Of a stretch of DNA of 64,000 nucleotides, positions 13,915 through 26,025 are shown in pieces. The notes under the pieces are model-generated. The model saw nothing but the letters and a program-made list of their open reading frames with translations, did not search any database and had not been told where the DNA came from. This DNA is from Octopus bimaculoides (Eukaryota): positions 104,523,406 to 104,587,405 of the forward strand of contig NC_068987.1 of the NCBI RefSeq assembly GCF_001194135.2, in the 5' to 3' direction. Numbering within the stretch: position 1 is the stretch's first letter; each line of letters starts with the position of its first letter. Made by a program: the position numbers and the translations under genes.

Positions 13915-15165
13915 GGAAGTCAGTGGGTTAATAGAATCATTAAAAAGATGATTTATACATTTCTGTATTGAAATCCTGCTGAGGTCAGTTTTGATTTTCA
14001 TCCTTTTGGCATCAATGAAACAAAATATCAGCCAAGTACTGCGAACGATTTATATTTTCATACTAATTTAAAATTTAGGTGCCAGACCAGTGAATCTTAG
14101 GAAAAGGGTCAGTCGATTAAACCGACTTCTGTACTTGTCTGGAACTTCATTTTAACGACCCAGAAAGGGTTAAAGACAAAGTTAACATCGGCGCGATTTG
14201 AATTCAGAATACAGAGCCGGAACGAATACCGTAAAACGTTTTCTCTGATACTCTAATATGTCAATCTACCGACCTTTATATTCCTGTAATACATTTTACA
14301 CATGAAAGGAATCATGAGAGAAGACTCCCCGCTCGCTTATTTTGATTCTAGTTTGAAACATTATTCATTCCATTGCTAGACTAGTGATTCTTAAACTTGC
14401 TGTTTCTTTTCTAATAACTTTATTATTTCATGTCTTGTCAGTATATATTAAAAATCCTTATTTTATAGCTAATATGCATAATATGTTCTATTCTATGACA
14501 TTTTCCACTAAAAGAGCAGTTCGTGAGACAATGAAGGAACTTCTTATGGTAGTTCCTCAAACTGCTAGATATTGTAACCACATTTATCTCAAATCATAAC
14601 CAATTGTCGTAATACTTGAAGGATAGGTTGCACAATGTAACCATAAATATACTTTTTGAATACAAGCGTGTTTGGTTACAATTTGGAACGTCTTTGATCA
14701 TGAGTTTTCTGAAGCTTAAAAACAACTTAAACAGTAAACTTATCTCTTTACAGCAAGCGGTGGACAATCGTCAGAAGCAAATGCTTTATGGCATTTCTTT
14801 ACGCTCTGAGTTAGAATCCTGCTGAGGTCAGTTTTGCAATTCCTGTTTCTGTTGTTGATTAAATGGAATACCAGTTAAGTACCGGGGCCGTTGAACCCGA
14901 CTCACTTCAACCCATCAGATTTGTTGGCCTGTTGCCTAAATTAGGAAATCTTAAAGGCGGCTAGCGGTATAATCATTAGAGCATTGAAAGAAACGTCATG
15001 CAGTATTTATTACGGCTCTTTACGTTCTCAGTACAAATCATTCCGAGTTCAACATTACCTTTTATCCTTCTGGAGTCGATAAATTAGAGTACCAGTCAAA
15101 AAGAACAATGGTACCCAATAAACCCCATCCCTAAAAATTATGTTTTGAGCAAACGTATTGAAACA
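13915..15165. mobile_element. Cluster of old, diverged family A-like SINE relics (about 13915-14040 +, 14080-14260 -, 14770-14945 +, 14955-15165 +)
   Basis: Recurring degenerate motifs 'aatcctgctgaggtcagttttg', 'gatttgaattcagaa' and 'ttttatccttctggagtcgataaatt...gtaccagt'. Confidence 0.6.
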
Positions 15166-15200
15166 TATCTCTGAGGATGATACGGTTTTATCACCCTGTG

Positions 15201-15204
<4 letters not shown>

Positions 15205-15286
<82 letters not shown>
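15205..15286. repeat. (CT)n microsatellite
   Basis: Direct reading of the sequence. Confidence 0.95.
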
Positions 15287-15289
<3 letters not shown>

Positions 15290-15741
15290 CTGCGGGTATC
15301 TTACCATACAAATAGAATGTTTTGGAATATATAACGATATACCCTGTTCAACTCAGGGAAGAAAAGTAAGACTCTTTATCGGACATGCTTATTGTTATGT
15401 CTTTATTCGTGCTTTAAAATGACTTATTCTCCTGAGGTGAGAGGTACTAGCCATGAATGTGATAGCACAATGCATGACTCGAAGAAGAAAACAGAATGTG
15501 CAAACATTAACACCGAATTTATATAAAAGACAAACAGAAAACGAAACGAACATCACCGAACAAAACGAGAGTAAACATCAAACTTTCACAAACGAAAAGA
15601 ATAAAGAATTAGTTAATGGTGCTGGCAACAATGACGTAAGTTTTGCCAGTGTTGCTGGTCAAAGGGAGCCCTGATACATAGTCAGATAACATAAAAAGAA
15701 AACGGTATAGAAATGATATTGGAAAGAAAAGAGTGAGTGTT

Positions 15742-15846
15742 ATATAGATGTTTTCGATCTAGTTTGGATTCTTTGCCATCAAATTTGAATTCTTTGCTAT
15801 CAAATTTGATGGCAAAGAATCCAAACTAGATCGAAAATATCTATAT
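15742..15846. repeat. Near-perfect inverted repeat, 47-bp arms with 11-nt loop
   Basis: 15742-15788 is the reverse complement of 15800-15846 except one position (G15750 opposite T15838). Confidence 0.95.
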
Positions 15847-16144
15847 GTATCTAATTTGTCATAAACGGGAGAAGCATTGACATCAAAGCATCAGTTATAA
15901 GAAACCCTGTTTGTTGTGTGGAGTGATGTCCCACTGAAATCTCAGCGGGACATTTGGTAGTGTGCGCCTGATCTTATGTCGAGCGTAGGTGACAGATGAA
16001 CTTGGTGTACTACTCACTCACCTACAAGTTGCTACTGCAGTGTATATAGTAGGATAAAAATGGCCGTTGTCAAAGAAATTCATAATGGTTTAGACTTTTG
16101 ACCCGTCTTTATATCACACACGCACACACACGCACGCACACGCG

Positions 16145-16182
<38 letters not shown>

Positions 16183-16230
16183 CTCAAACACACACGTACA
16201 TACATACATACATACATACATACATACACT

Positions 16231-16552
16231 ATAACTGGCACTCCGTCGGTTACGACGACGTGGGTTTCAGTTGATCCGGTCAACGGAACGGCCTGCTCGT
16301 GAAATTAACGTGCATGTGGCTGAGCTCTCCACAGACACATGTACTCTTAACGTAGGGAAATTCAGCCAGACAGAGTATGAGACAGGGCTGGCCCTTTGAA
16401 ATACAGGTACAACTCATTTTTGCTAGCTGAGTGGACTGGACTAACGTGAAATAAAGTGTCTTGCTCAAGGACACAACGCATCGCCGGGAATTGAACTTAC
16501 GACCTCGCGATCGTGATCCGAATATCCTAACCACTGAGCTATGCACTTTCAC
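16231..16552 (-). mobile_element. tRNA-derived SINE with CORE-like box (family C'), sharing its 3' tail with family C
   Basis: Minus strand has A-box 'tagctcagtgg', B-box 'agttcaattcc' and MIR/CORE-like 'gtgtccttgagcaagacacttt'. Its 3' half matches 20570-20690. Confidence 0.85.
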
Positions 16553-16661
16553 ACATACACACATATATATATCTATACCTATGTATGTATGTATGTATGT
16601 ATGTATGTATGTATGTATGTATGTATGTATGTATGTATGTATGGATAGATAGGTAGATAGG

Positions 16662-16713
<52 letters not shown>

Positions 16714-16789
16714 CAGATAGACAAACCGACAGATAATTAGATATTTGTAGTTCTTAACCTCTTTGTGGATGCAAAAGAAAAGCTCTTAG

Positions 16790-17345
16790 ACTAAAGGTAG
16801 TTCAAAGAAGAGGCGATAAAGCAAAGTTGACAGGGTGAGCAACGGATAGTAGGAGAGCCTGCAATGACAATATTAAACCCCACGAACGGCTGCTTTCGCA
16901 GCAGCTCCGAGAAGAGCCACAAAACTCACCACACTTTTATAGTTAGAGACCGACTTCCAGAAAGCTGTAAGGAATCCTTCTAGTTGCATCATTCCGTCAT
17001 CGTAAAACTATTCGAAGTAAATGGAGGATAGAAAGGGCTGGTCAATCGTCAAAGAACCAACAAAGAACTGAAGAGTTTACTTAACAAACTGAGGGTAAGA
17101 ATATGCTTTATATGTTGCTTGAAAAGGAGCTGGACTCAAATCTTGTGGAACAATAGACTGCCAATGCAATCCACACGAATAGTCTCTGAATACCTAGGAT
17201 TTAAGCTACACAGAGCACCTGGGACACTTCTCATCCAAACCAACACCAAAGAATTTGCCAATCACATTTGGGAGCACCGTTTTTATAGGAATGAGTGTTC
17301 ATGAGCAAGTCTACAGAGTACCCTAATCTTATCCAAAAGGAGTTT
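16790..17345 (+). pseudogene. Decayed coding-like fragment, probably transposon-derived, family unidentified
   Basis: Complex, GC-richer sequence between (TAGA)n and (TATC)n arrays. One frame is largely open (MTILNPTNG...WEHRFYRNECS) with two stops. No motif recognised. Confidence 0.25.
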
Positions 17346-17414
17346 CTGCATTGTATATCTGTATATTGGTAATTATGTTTTATTTTGTGTTATTTATCTA
17401 CCTATATGCTTTAC

Positions 17415-17471
<57 letters not shown>

Positions 17472-17479
17472 CCCCCCCC

Positions 17480-17528
<49 letters not shown>

Positions 17529-17768
17529 ATGCTTATAACGATAGAGAATATGGAAACTGGTACAACCTCAAAATTCACTCGCTTTTATTTTACAATATCA
17601 TACAGCATATTTTTACGACGACCTACACGTGTTTCCACTGCACAGAGTATGAGCAGTTGCATATCCAAGTAGTCATAGATGTTAAATACCAATCGATACC
17701 GTTAGCCGTATCCTGGAACATAACTGAGAGCTACCACGGTATCCGTCCGGATAATAAATCCCTTTAAA

Positions 17769-17805
<37 letters not shown>

Positions 17806-17910
17806 GAATGCACGCACATACACACACACACGCATGCGCGCGCGCGCACACACGTATGTATGTATGTATGTATGTATGTATGTATGTATGTATGTATGTA
17901 TGTATGTATG

Positions 17911-18260
17911 CGTGTCTCTTCTATCTTTTAATTATTGAGATGAAGTTAACACAGACAAATTCACAGTTGGAACTTGAGAAAAATCTTGCATATTTTTACT
18001 GTTCCACTCACAGATTGGACTTGCAATGTACGGATCAGCCAGTCAGTTTCTCTTCCTGAAAATCCCAGTTTATCCAGATTTTCCTTTAAGCTTTTACTAG
18101 CAAAACCTAGTGCTCCAATTATTATCGGTATAAATATGAATTCATAGTCTGGATATAGAAGTTGGAGATTTCGAAGTAGTTGTCCTTAGATATGCTCTTT
18201 TTCTTCGATTTTCAAAGAGATATTTATATCTGCAGGGCAGCTAACCTCTATGATAGTACA
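17911..18260 (-). mobile_element. 5'-truncated R4/Dong-like non-LTR retrotransposon (endonuclease C-terminus and 3' UTR)
   Basis: Reverse complement aligns closely with 56420-56822 (IIEVSCPADINISLKIEEKEHI... to 'tagaagagac'). About 50 bp of the 3' UTR is missing. Flanked by (TATG)n at 17855-17910 and 18259-18332. Confidence 0.9.
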
Positions 18261-18774
18261 TATGTATGTATGCATGTATGTATGCATGTATGTATGTATG
18301 TATGTATGTATGTATGTATGTATGTATGTATGTGCGCATCCGTGTTTGTGTTTGTATGTGTTAGAAAGCGGAGTAAGTAACTTTGTTTGATAAACGTACA
18401 CATATACGTTTGCATGTTTGTGTAAGATTTAATAGGAGGATTTCTCCCTGTAATTTAATTGTGTGTATAGTCATTGAATCATCTGCATTGAACCATTCTG
18501 GTTATTTTCATTAGATGTGCTTATATAAATAAGCTCGTGTTACTCTTCTATTTTTTGCTAAGTATACATAAGAAAAGAAGACTGGTGGTCGTTGTTTTTG
18601 TTATTGCCGTTGTTGTTCTGTTTTATATATATTCATTAATATTTCTTTCAATGCCGACAATGAATTTCGGTTTGGGGGAGAAACAGGGTACGAGGCTGAG
18701 AGGCTTATGAACAGCATAAATGGCATGAAGACAGGAAAAAAGAAAAAGGTGAGGAAGGGAAAGAGAGAGGGGAT

Positions 18775-19561
<787 letters not shown>

Positions 19562-20074
19562 ACAGAGGCGTAAGAGAAGAAAATGAATTACTGGATGGAA
19601 CAAAAGAGATATTCAACCGGTCGTAAATTGGTTTTATCTTAACAGCGTAAGTAACTCTCATAATGATTTTAGCTATGTATACACAATTCTATTCACAGAA
19701 TTGTGCGGTAAACCAAGCCTTAGTGTTTCTCAAATGATTGTTAACTTACAAATAGTTTTTATTCCTCTTATTGTCCTCATGATTCAATCTTGTCAATAAG
19801 TACATGCCCCTCTGCTATTTCTCTTTAACATTATCGTGTTTATTTAAGCATCTATTCGCTCGCTGTACTCTACGGTATTGTAGTGAAGTGATTATAGTTG
19901 ACGTCTTATTGATTCCTTCATTTATATTCATTGATGTTTCCATTCTCTCAGTCAATTAGTACTGGACAACCCCTCGACGGGACATTTTATTCGGCTCCAG
20001 ACAACTGTGGTTGAATTTAGTCTACATCTGAAACCCTTAAATCAGCAAGAAATTCATACTGAAAATGACTTGCT

Positions 20075-20117
<43 letters not shown>

Positions 20118-20156
20118 GTGTCTGTGGAAAGTCATTCTGTTTTAATGCCTTATCAA

Positions 20157-20240
20157 TTAACACACTCACCGGTTCGTTTTCCACTCAATTTTTTTTCTAA
20201 AATTTTCGTTGCTTCTTGCAACCTCATCAAAAGTCGTTGC
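20157..20240 (+). mobile_element. Terminus of a dispersed DNA-transposon-like repeat (possibly piggyBac-type), second copy at ~47245-47330
   Basis: '(t)taacacactcaccggttc(g/a)ttttccactca...aaattttcgttg' is shared by both loci. The first copy starts at TTAA. Confidence 0.45.
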
Positions 20241-20253
20241 ATACACACAGACA

Positions 20254-20286
<33 letters not shown>

Positions 20287-20375
20287 TGTATATATATGTT
20301 TATGTATATATATACATATGTATGTATGTGTGTATATATATGTATGTATGTATGTATGTATATATATCTATGTGT

Positions 20376-20684
20376 GGAGGCGCAATGGCCCAATGGTTAG
20401 GGCAGCGGATTCGCGGTCGCAGGATTGCGGTTTCGATTCCCAGACCGGGCGTTGTGAGTGTTTATTGACCGAAAACACCTAAAGCTCCACGAGGCTCCAG
20501 CAGGGGATGGTGGCGAACCCTGCTGTACTCTTCCACCACAACTTTCTCTCACTCTTTCTTTCTGTTTCTGTTGTGCCTGTAATTCAAAGGGCCAGCNNNN
20601 NNNNNNTTGCACGTTAATTTCACGAGCAGGCTGTTCCGTTGATCGGATCAACTGGAACCCTCGACGTCATATGCGACGGAGTGC

Positions 20685-20691
<7 letters not shown>
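20376..20691 (+). mobile_element. tRNA-derived SINE, family C (head resembles tRNA-Arg)
   Basis: A-box 'tggcccaatgg' and B-box 'ggtttcgattccc'. Tail shared with 16231-16410. The internal 10-N gap corresponds to about 70 bp in the other copy. Confidence 0.85.
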
Positions 20692-20733
<42 letters not shown>

Positions 20734-21394
20734 TTATTTATTTATTTATATTCTTATTGCTCCCTTAAGAGCGCTGAGTTGGAATGGAGTATTGTTTTCA
20801 CGCCTGGGAGGTTTGTAGTGAAGCGGATAGCTGTGGACACTTGTTTCTTCCTTAATAGACATCATCAGTTTCCGCACCTTGACACTGCAACAGATATAAA
20901 ACTCACACACACACGCACGTACACGCACGCACACGTACAAGCGCGCGCGCATAATTACACTAAATGGCATAGATAATGGGCTTTACACATTTGTTTAGTG
21001 AGCATGGTAGAGGTCCAGCTATTTCTGATATGCATTCTAGGTGCAGTTATAGTTCCGTTTACACAATTGCGGACTCTGAAGACGAAAGTATTTGAAATCG
21101 TTCAATTTTTCAAATAGATCAATCGATCGATTGAGTGAAGAGAATTATGAAAGTACCTAAAACGCATATCATAAACAGTTGAAGGTGTACGATCCAAAGT
21201 AAATAAAAGTGTAAAGGCCTGGGCAATGCAACCATGATTTTAGAAAGTGGACTGGTGATTGACTTCGACTTCGGATCTTGCATTAGGGTTACCTGGAGTT
21301 CTGTACCAAATCTTTTGTTAGCCTCCTGTATTTGTATTAGCAAAAAACTTTTTACCTGAATTGATAATCCCTTATTAATAATTTTCTCTCTCTG

Positions 21395-21451
<57 letters not shown>

Positions 21452-21480
21452 GTACGTGTGTGTGTGCGTGCGTGTGTGTA

Positions 21481-21635
21481 TTTCCTCGTGTTCCTTTCTG
21501 TTGAAGAGCGTAGGCTCGAAACGTAAAAGATTTTCTTAACTTCCCGAGTGTTAAATTAATACACCTGTTTGTTGCTTATAGTAATACATTTTGTTGCTGT
21601 CTTCGTCTTTTGCTTTGCTGTAAATTTCGACTATA
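21481..21635 (+). mobile_element. Penelope-like terminal repeat fragment containing a hammerhead-like motif
   Basis: 'ctgttga-a-gagc-gtag-gctc-gaaacgta' has the architecture of minimal Penelope-associated hammerheads. Flanked by (TG)n and (TA)n. Confidence 0.55.
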
Positions 21636-21694
21636 TATATATATATATATACAGAGAGAGGGAGGGAGTGAGAGAGAGAGAGAGAGGACGAAAG

Positions 21695-21743
<49 letters not shown>

Positions 21744-21780
21744 TACAGACACATACACACAAATACATCTATCTTTTATA

Positions 21781-21996
21781 TTTTTTACTTACTTCAATCG
21801 TTTGACTGCGGCCATGCTGTGGCACCGCCTTGAAGAGATTTAGTCCAATATGTTGAGCCCAGGACTTTCTTTTTTAAGCTGATACTTACTCTATCGGTGT
21901 CTTTTGCAGAACCGCTTAGTTACGGGGACATAAACACACCAAAATCGATTCTCAAGCGGTGGTGGGAGACAACGCAAATACACACGCACACGCACG

Positions 21997-22027
<31 letters not shown>

Positions 22028-22182
22028 GTTTATATTTGATGGCTTCTTAATGCTTCCGTCTACCAAATTCACTCCCGAGGGTATAGTAAAAGTCGCTTGC
22101 CCAAGGTGTCACACAGTGGGAATGAACCCGAAATCATATGGTTCTGAAGCAAGCTTCTTACCACACAACCGCGCCTGCACCT
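21781..22182 (-). mobile_element. tRNA-derived SINE, family B (CORE-like box, internal (TG)n)
   Basis: Matches copies at 26806, 42207, 44516, 52548 and 57922. Minus strand has 'gcggttgtgtggtaagaagcttgc', B-box 'gggttcattccc' and 'caccttgggcaagcgact'. Confidence 0.85.
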
Positions 22183-23324
22183 GTAATCTATATGTGTCTA
22201 TATTTTATGGGTTTGTATACTTAAATGCATTAAACATAAACTGACTCAAGGATTCGATACTGTTGCTAGAAACAAAATATTTTCGAAGGTTGACCGATTG
22301 GCGAACATGTCGAGGATAGATGATATCTGTTTGCCTGTAAGTTATTATCATTTTTAAATCAATGGACATATAAAATCGCCGGTTTCGAAAACTTCTGGTG
22401 TAAATATCTTATAGTATTTTTATTATGTATCACATTGAAATCAAGCTACAAAATGGTCTGCATCCAAGTACTCGTTATATAATGTGCTCGATTAAATCGA
22501 TTACACTCATCATCTATCTATTTTGTCCTTTTTCTTCCCCTATACAAGAAATGATTAATTATTTACTGTTCTACTTCTTTTCAGCCGCCAGCCCTATCTA
22601 TATGCGTATATGTTTAGCGCTCGGTGAGCCATGCTATATATGTTTTAATTAGCATTGTACAGCGTCAGTTACCTTTAAATGAAGGTTTGACACCCTAGCA
22701 TTTTGACAAAAGATGACCCTTTTTTAGTGTTTGTCTTTCATAATAACTTTAGAACTTGTCCTAAGAAAGAGATGTGTTCCACTCATCCGATAACGCGACC
22801 CATTTTCGACCTTTGTTTATTCTTATAATTGTTTACCGTAATTATATTTCTACATTGAATCAAACAATATTCACAAAAAAAAAGCATGTATAGCACTATA
22901 TATAATTTCTTTTCTCTTATAAGAAAACGTAATTCAGCAGGCTTAAATTGCTATTTACTCGAATGAAAGGTCATTAAACACATTTCCCTTGATTTTTGCC
23001 AAGATTTTACGTTGTAAAATAAGAATGTAAAAAAAAAACAAAAAAAAAAACAATCCCAATCTGTGTTGAATCGATTCGTACAAATATAGACTTCAAAATG
23101 TACTGCAGTGTCTCTATTATATAGATTAGGCTTGGATAACCTCTTGCGACATTGCTCATTAACTGACAGGCCGCACTACTAAATAGTTTTCAAGATAATT
23201 TTTCGTTGGCGTGCCCAGGCTGCAGTTTGCCTCTGACTGGTATAGATATTGCGAAAATTTCAAATATTACTATTTGAAATTACTACTTGTCAAAAATAAA
23301 TCATATATTACTGAAGTAATACTA

Positions 23325-23507
23325 TTATTCTTTTCTACTCTAGGTACAAGGCCCGAAATTTTGTGGGGAGAGGGGCCAGTCGATTAGATCGACTCCACTA
23401 CGCAACTGGTACTTAATTTATCGACCCCGAAAGGATGAAAGGTAAAGTCGACCTCGGCGAAATTTGAACTCAGAACGTAAAGACAGACGAATTACCGCTA
23501 AGCATTT
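23325..23507 (-). mobile_element. tRNA-derived SINE, family A (5' truncated)
   Basis: Near-identical to 9316-9490. Confidence 0.9.
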
Positions 23508-23665
23508 ATGCGTAGTGTTACATGTATGCGTCTGATATCTATTCTTATTTAACAAAGAGCCAGAACAGATACTGCACAGCATCTAATAATTCTACCAATT
23601 CATTGTCTCGCATTGGTTCTTTATTCTTTGTTGGAAATCGATATTTTATTCTATTTCATTTTAGC

Positions 23666-23720
23666 TTAATACAGTGATTAATACAGTGATTAATACAGTG
23701 ATTAATACAGTGATTAATAC
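23666..23720. repeat. Minisatellite, 4.6 x 12 bp TTAATACAGTGA
   Basis: Perfect units start at 23666, 23678, 23690 and 23702, plus a partial unit. Confidence 0.95.
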
Positions 23721-24269
23721 TATGCTACTTTATCAATGTTTGCAGATACAACAATCGCAGTAATGAAAATTTGGGAATCCAAAATTTCAGGATTGCGGGT
23801 CTGGATTCGGCCCGGAATGTTTTTAATTTACCCACAGAGTCAGTCTGATTCCAACATGGTACGATGTGTTTGGTACGGAGTAAAGTTGAAAAAAGTGTGA
23901 CACAGTGACACACTGATATTTGCATTTATTATATTAGACTAATCATATAAAAAAAAAAGGGAATTAAGAAATAGCTTGATGCGTTAGCAACATTCACTTG
24001 TATTCCATCTTAGAATCAATTTTCCCTACAATTCATCCCAAAAACTGTCGATTTTTTTTTTTAAAGAAAATATTTGTGTGAATGTTCTTGTCGAGAATGA
24101 TTTCTACGAATAACGATTTTTACGAAACCACAGTTGTGAAGAACTGTGTATAACCCAATAAATCTACTGCCGTACTTGACTTTCGCTTCCTATGGAACGT
24201 AGGCCATCGACGTCTTTCTCGACTGTTTTCGACTCAGATTAGTCAAGTCTCCATCCTTTGACCTGTCCA

Positions 24270-24500
24270 GCATGGGGCGCCCTGCAAAGAGCATGCGTTC
24301 CACTGGATTAGCTCCCAGGGTCATTTAAAATACAAAAGCCGCCACATTGCAACAAGGACTGGACCCTTGCATTGTGGTAGCTTCTGTGCCTGATTGTGAA
24401 TATCCTTTGTTCGGCTCCAAATGCATGGAAGACAAAGTAGGGACCGGTAGGATTTGAACTCACTCGAAAAGAGGTATACCTAAACAACACATGCTAACAG
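24270..24500 (-). mobile_element. Probable diverged SINE of another family
   Basis: Minus-strand B-box 'gagttcaaatcc' followed by a family A-like 'actttgtcttccat'. The body is otherwise unique in this window. Confidence 0.4.
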
Positions 24501-24524
24501 AATAGAATATATTCACATTTAAAT

Positions 24525-25823
24525 TCTTCTTCTTCTTCTTCTTCTTCTTGTGCCTTTTGTTCTTCTCAACCTCCTTATGTGTCTCCTTTTTGTTCTTGTT
24601 CTTTTTGTTCTCTTCCTCCTCTTCCACCTCCTTCTCCTCTTTCTTCGTCTTCTTCTTTTTCATCTTCTTCCTCTCTTTCTTGTTCTTGTTCTTTTTGTTG
24701 TTGTTCTCCTCCTCTTCCTCCTCCTTTATTGTTCTTGTTCTTTTTGTCCTCCTCCTCTTCTTCTTCCTTCTTTTTCTTCTCTTCCTTCTTTTTCTTCTCT
24801 TCCTCCTCCTTCTTCTCCCTTTGTGTTCTTGTTCCACGTCTCCTTCTGCTCCTTCTCCTCCTCCTTGTTGTTGCTCTTCTTGCTCTTTTTCCTCTCCTTC
24901 TCCTCTTCCNNNNNNNNNNNNNNNNNNNNNNNNNNNNNNNNNNNNNNNNNNNNNNNNNNNNNNNNNNNNNNNNNNNNNNNNNNNNNNNNNNNNNNNNNNN
25001 NNNNNNNNNNNNNNNNNNNNNNNNNNNNNNNNNNNNNNNNNNNNNNNNNNNNNNNNNNNNNNNNNNNNNNNNNNNNNNNNNNNNNNNNNNNNNNNNNNNN
25101 NNNNNNNNNNNNNNNNNNNNNNNNNNNNNNNNNNNNNNNNNNNNNNNNNNNNNNNNNNNNNNNNNNNNNNNNNNNNNNNNNNNNNNNNNNNNNNNNNNNN
25201 NNNNNNNNNNNNNNNNNNNNNNNNNNNNNNNNNNNNNNNNNNNNNNNNNNNNNNNNNNNNNNNNNNNNNNNNNNNNNNNNNNNNNNNNNNNNNNNNNNNN
25301 NNNNNNNNNNNNNNNNNNNNNNNNNNNNNNNNNNNNNNNNNNNNNNNNNNNNNNNNNNNNNNNNNNNNNNNNNNNNNNNNNNNNNNNNNNNNNNNNNNNN
25401 NNNNNNNNNNNNNNNNNNNNNNNNNNNNNNNNNNNNNNNNNNNNNNNNNNNNNNNNNNNNNNNNNNNNNNNNNNNNNNNNNNNNNNNNNNNNNNNNNNNN
25501 NNNNNNNNNNNNNNNNNNNNNNNNNNNNNNNNNNNNNNNNNNNNNNNNNNNNNNNNNNNNNNNNNNNNNNNNNNNNNNNNNNNNNNNNNNNNNNNNNNNN
25601 NNNNNNNNNNNNNNNNNNNNNNNNNNNNNNNNNNNNNNNNNNNNNNNNNNNNNNNNNNNNNNNNNNNNNNNNNNNNNNNNNNNNNNNNNNNNNNNNNNNN
25701 NNNNNNNNNNNNNNNNNNNNNNNNNNNNNNNNNNNNNNNNNNNNNNNNNNNNNNNNNNNNNNNNNNNNNNNNNNNNNNNNNNNNNNNNNNNNNNNNNNNN
25801 NNNNNNNNNNNNNNNNNNNNNNN

Positions 25824-25865
<42 letters not shown>

Positions 25866-26025
25866 CACTACTACTACTACTACTGCTACTGCTACTGCTA
25901 CTGCTGCTACTGCTGCTACTGCTGTTACTGCTGCTTCTGCTACCACTACCAACACTACTACTACTTAGCATCGTCGTTGTCATCGTCATCATCATCATCA
26001 TCATCATCATCATCGTCATCATCAC
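24525..26025. repeat. (CTT/CCT)n low-complexity tract, gap, then (CTA/CTG)n and (CAT)n tracts
   Basis: Direct reading; explains the 400-535 aa pseudo-ORFs. Confidence 0.9.

Noticed and set aside
20376-20450. tRNA gene
   Set aside because: No acceptor stem, and it continues into a SINE body; the same applies to the heads at 16552, 31790 and 44516.
22251-22336. Possible small coding exon ending at a GTAAGT donor
   Set aside because: No polypyrimidine tract at the acceptor, and the peptide is unrecognisable.
23746-23858. Possible exon after a TTTGCAG acceptor
   Set aside because: Weak donor, no recognisable peptide and no partner exons.
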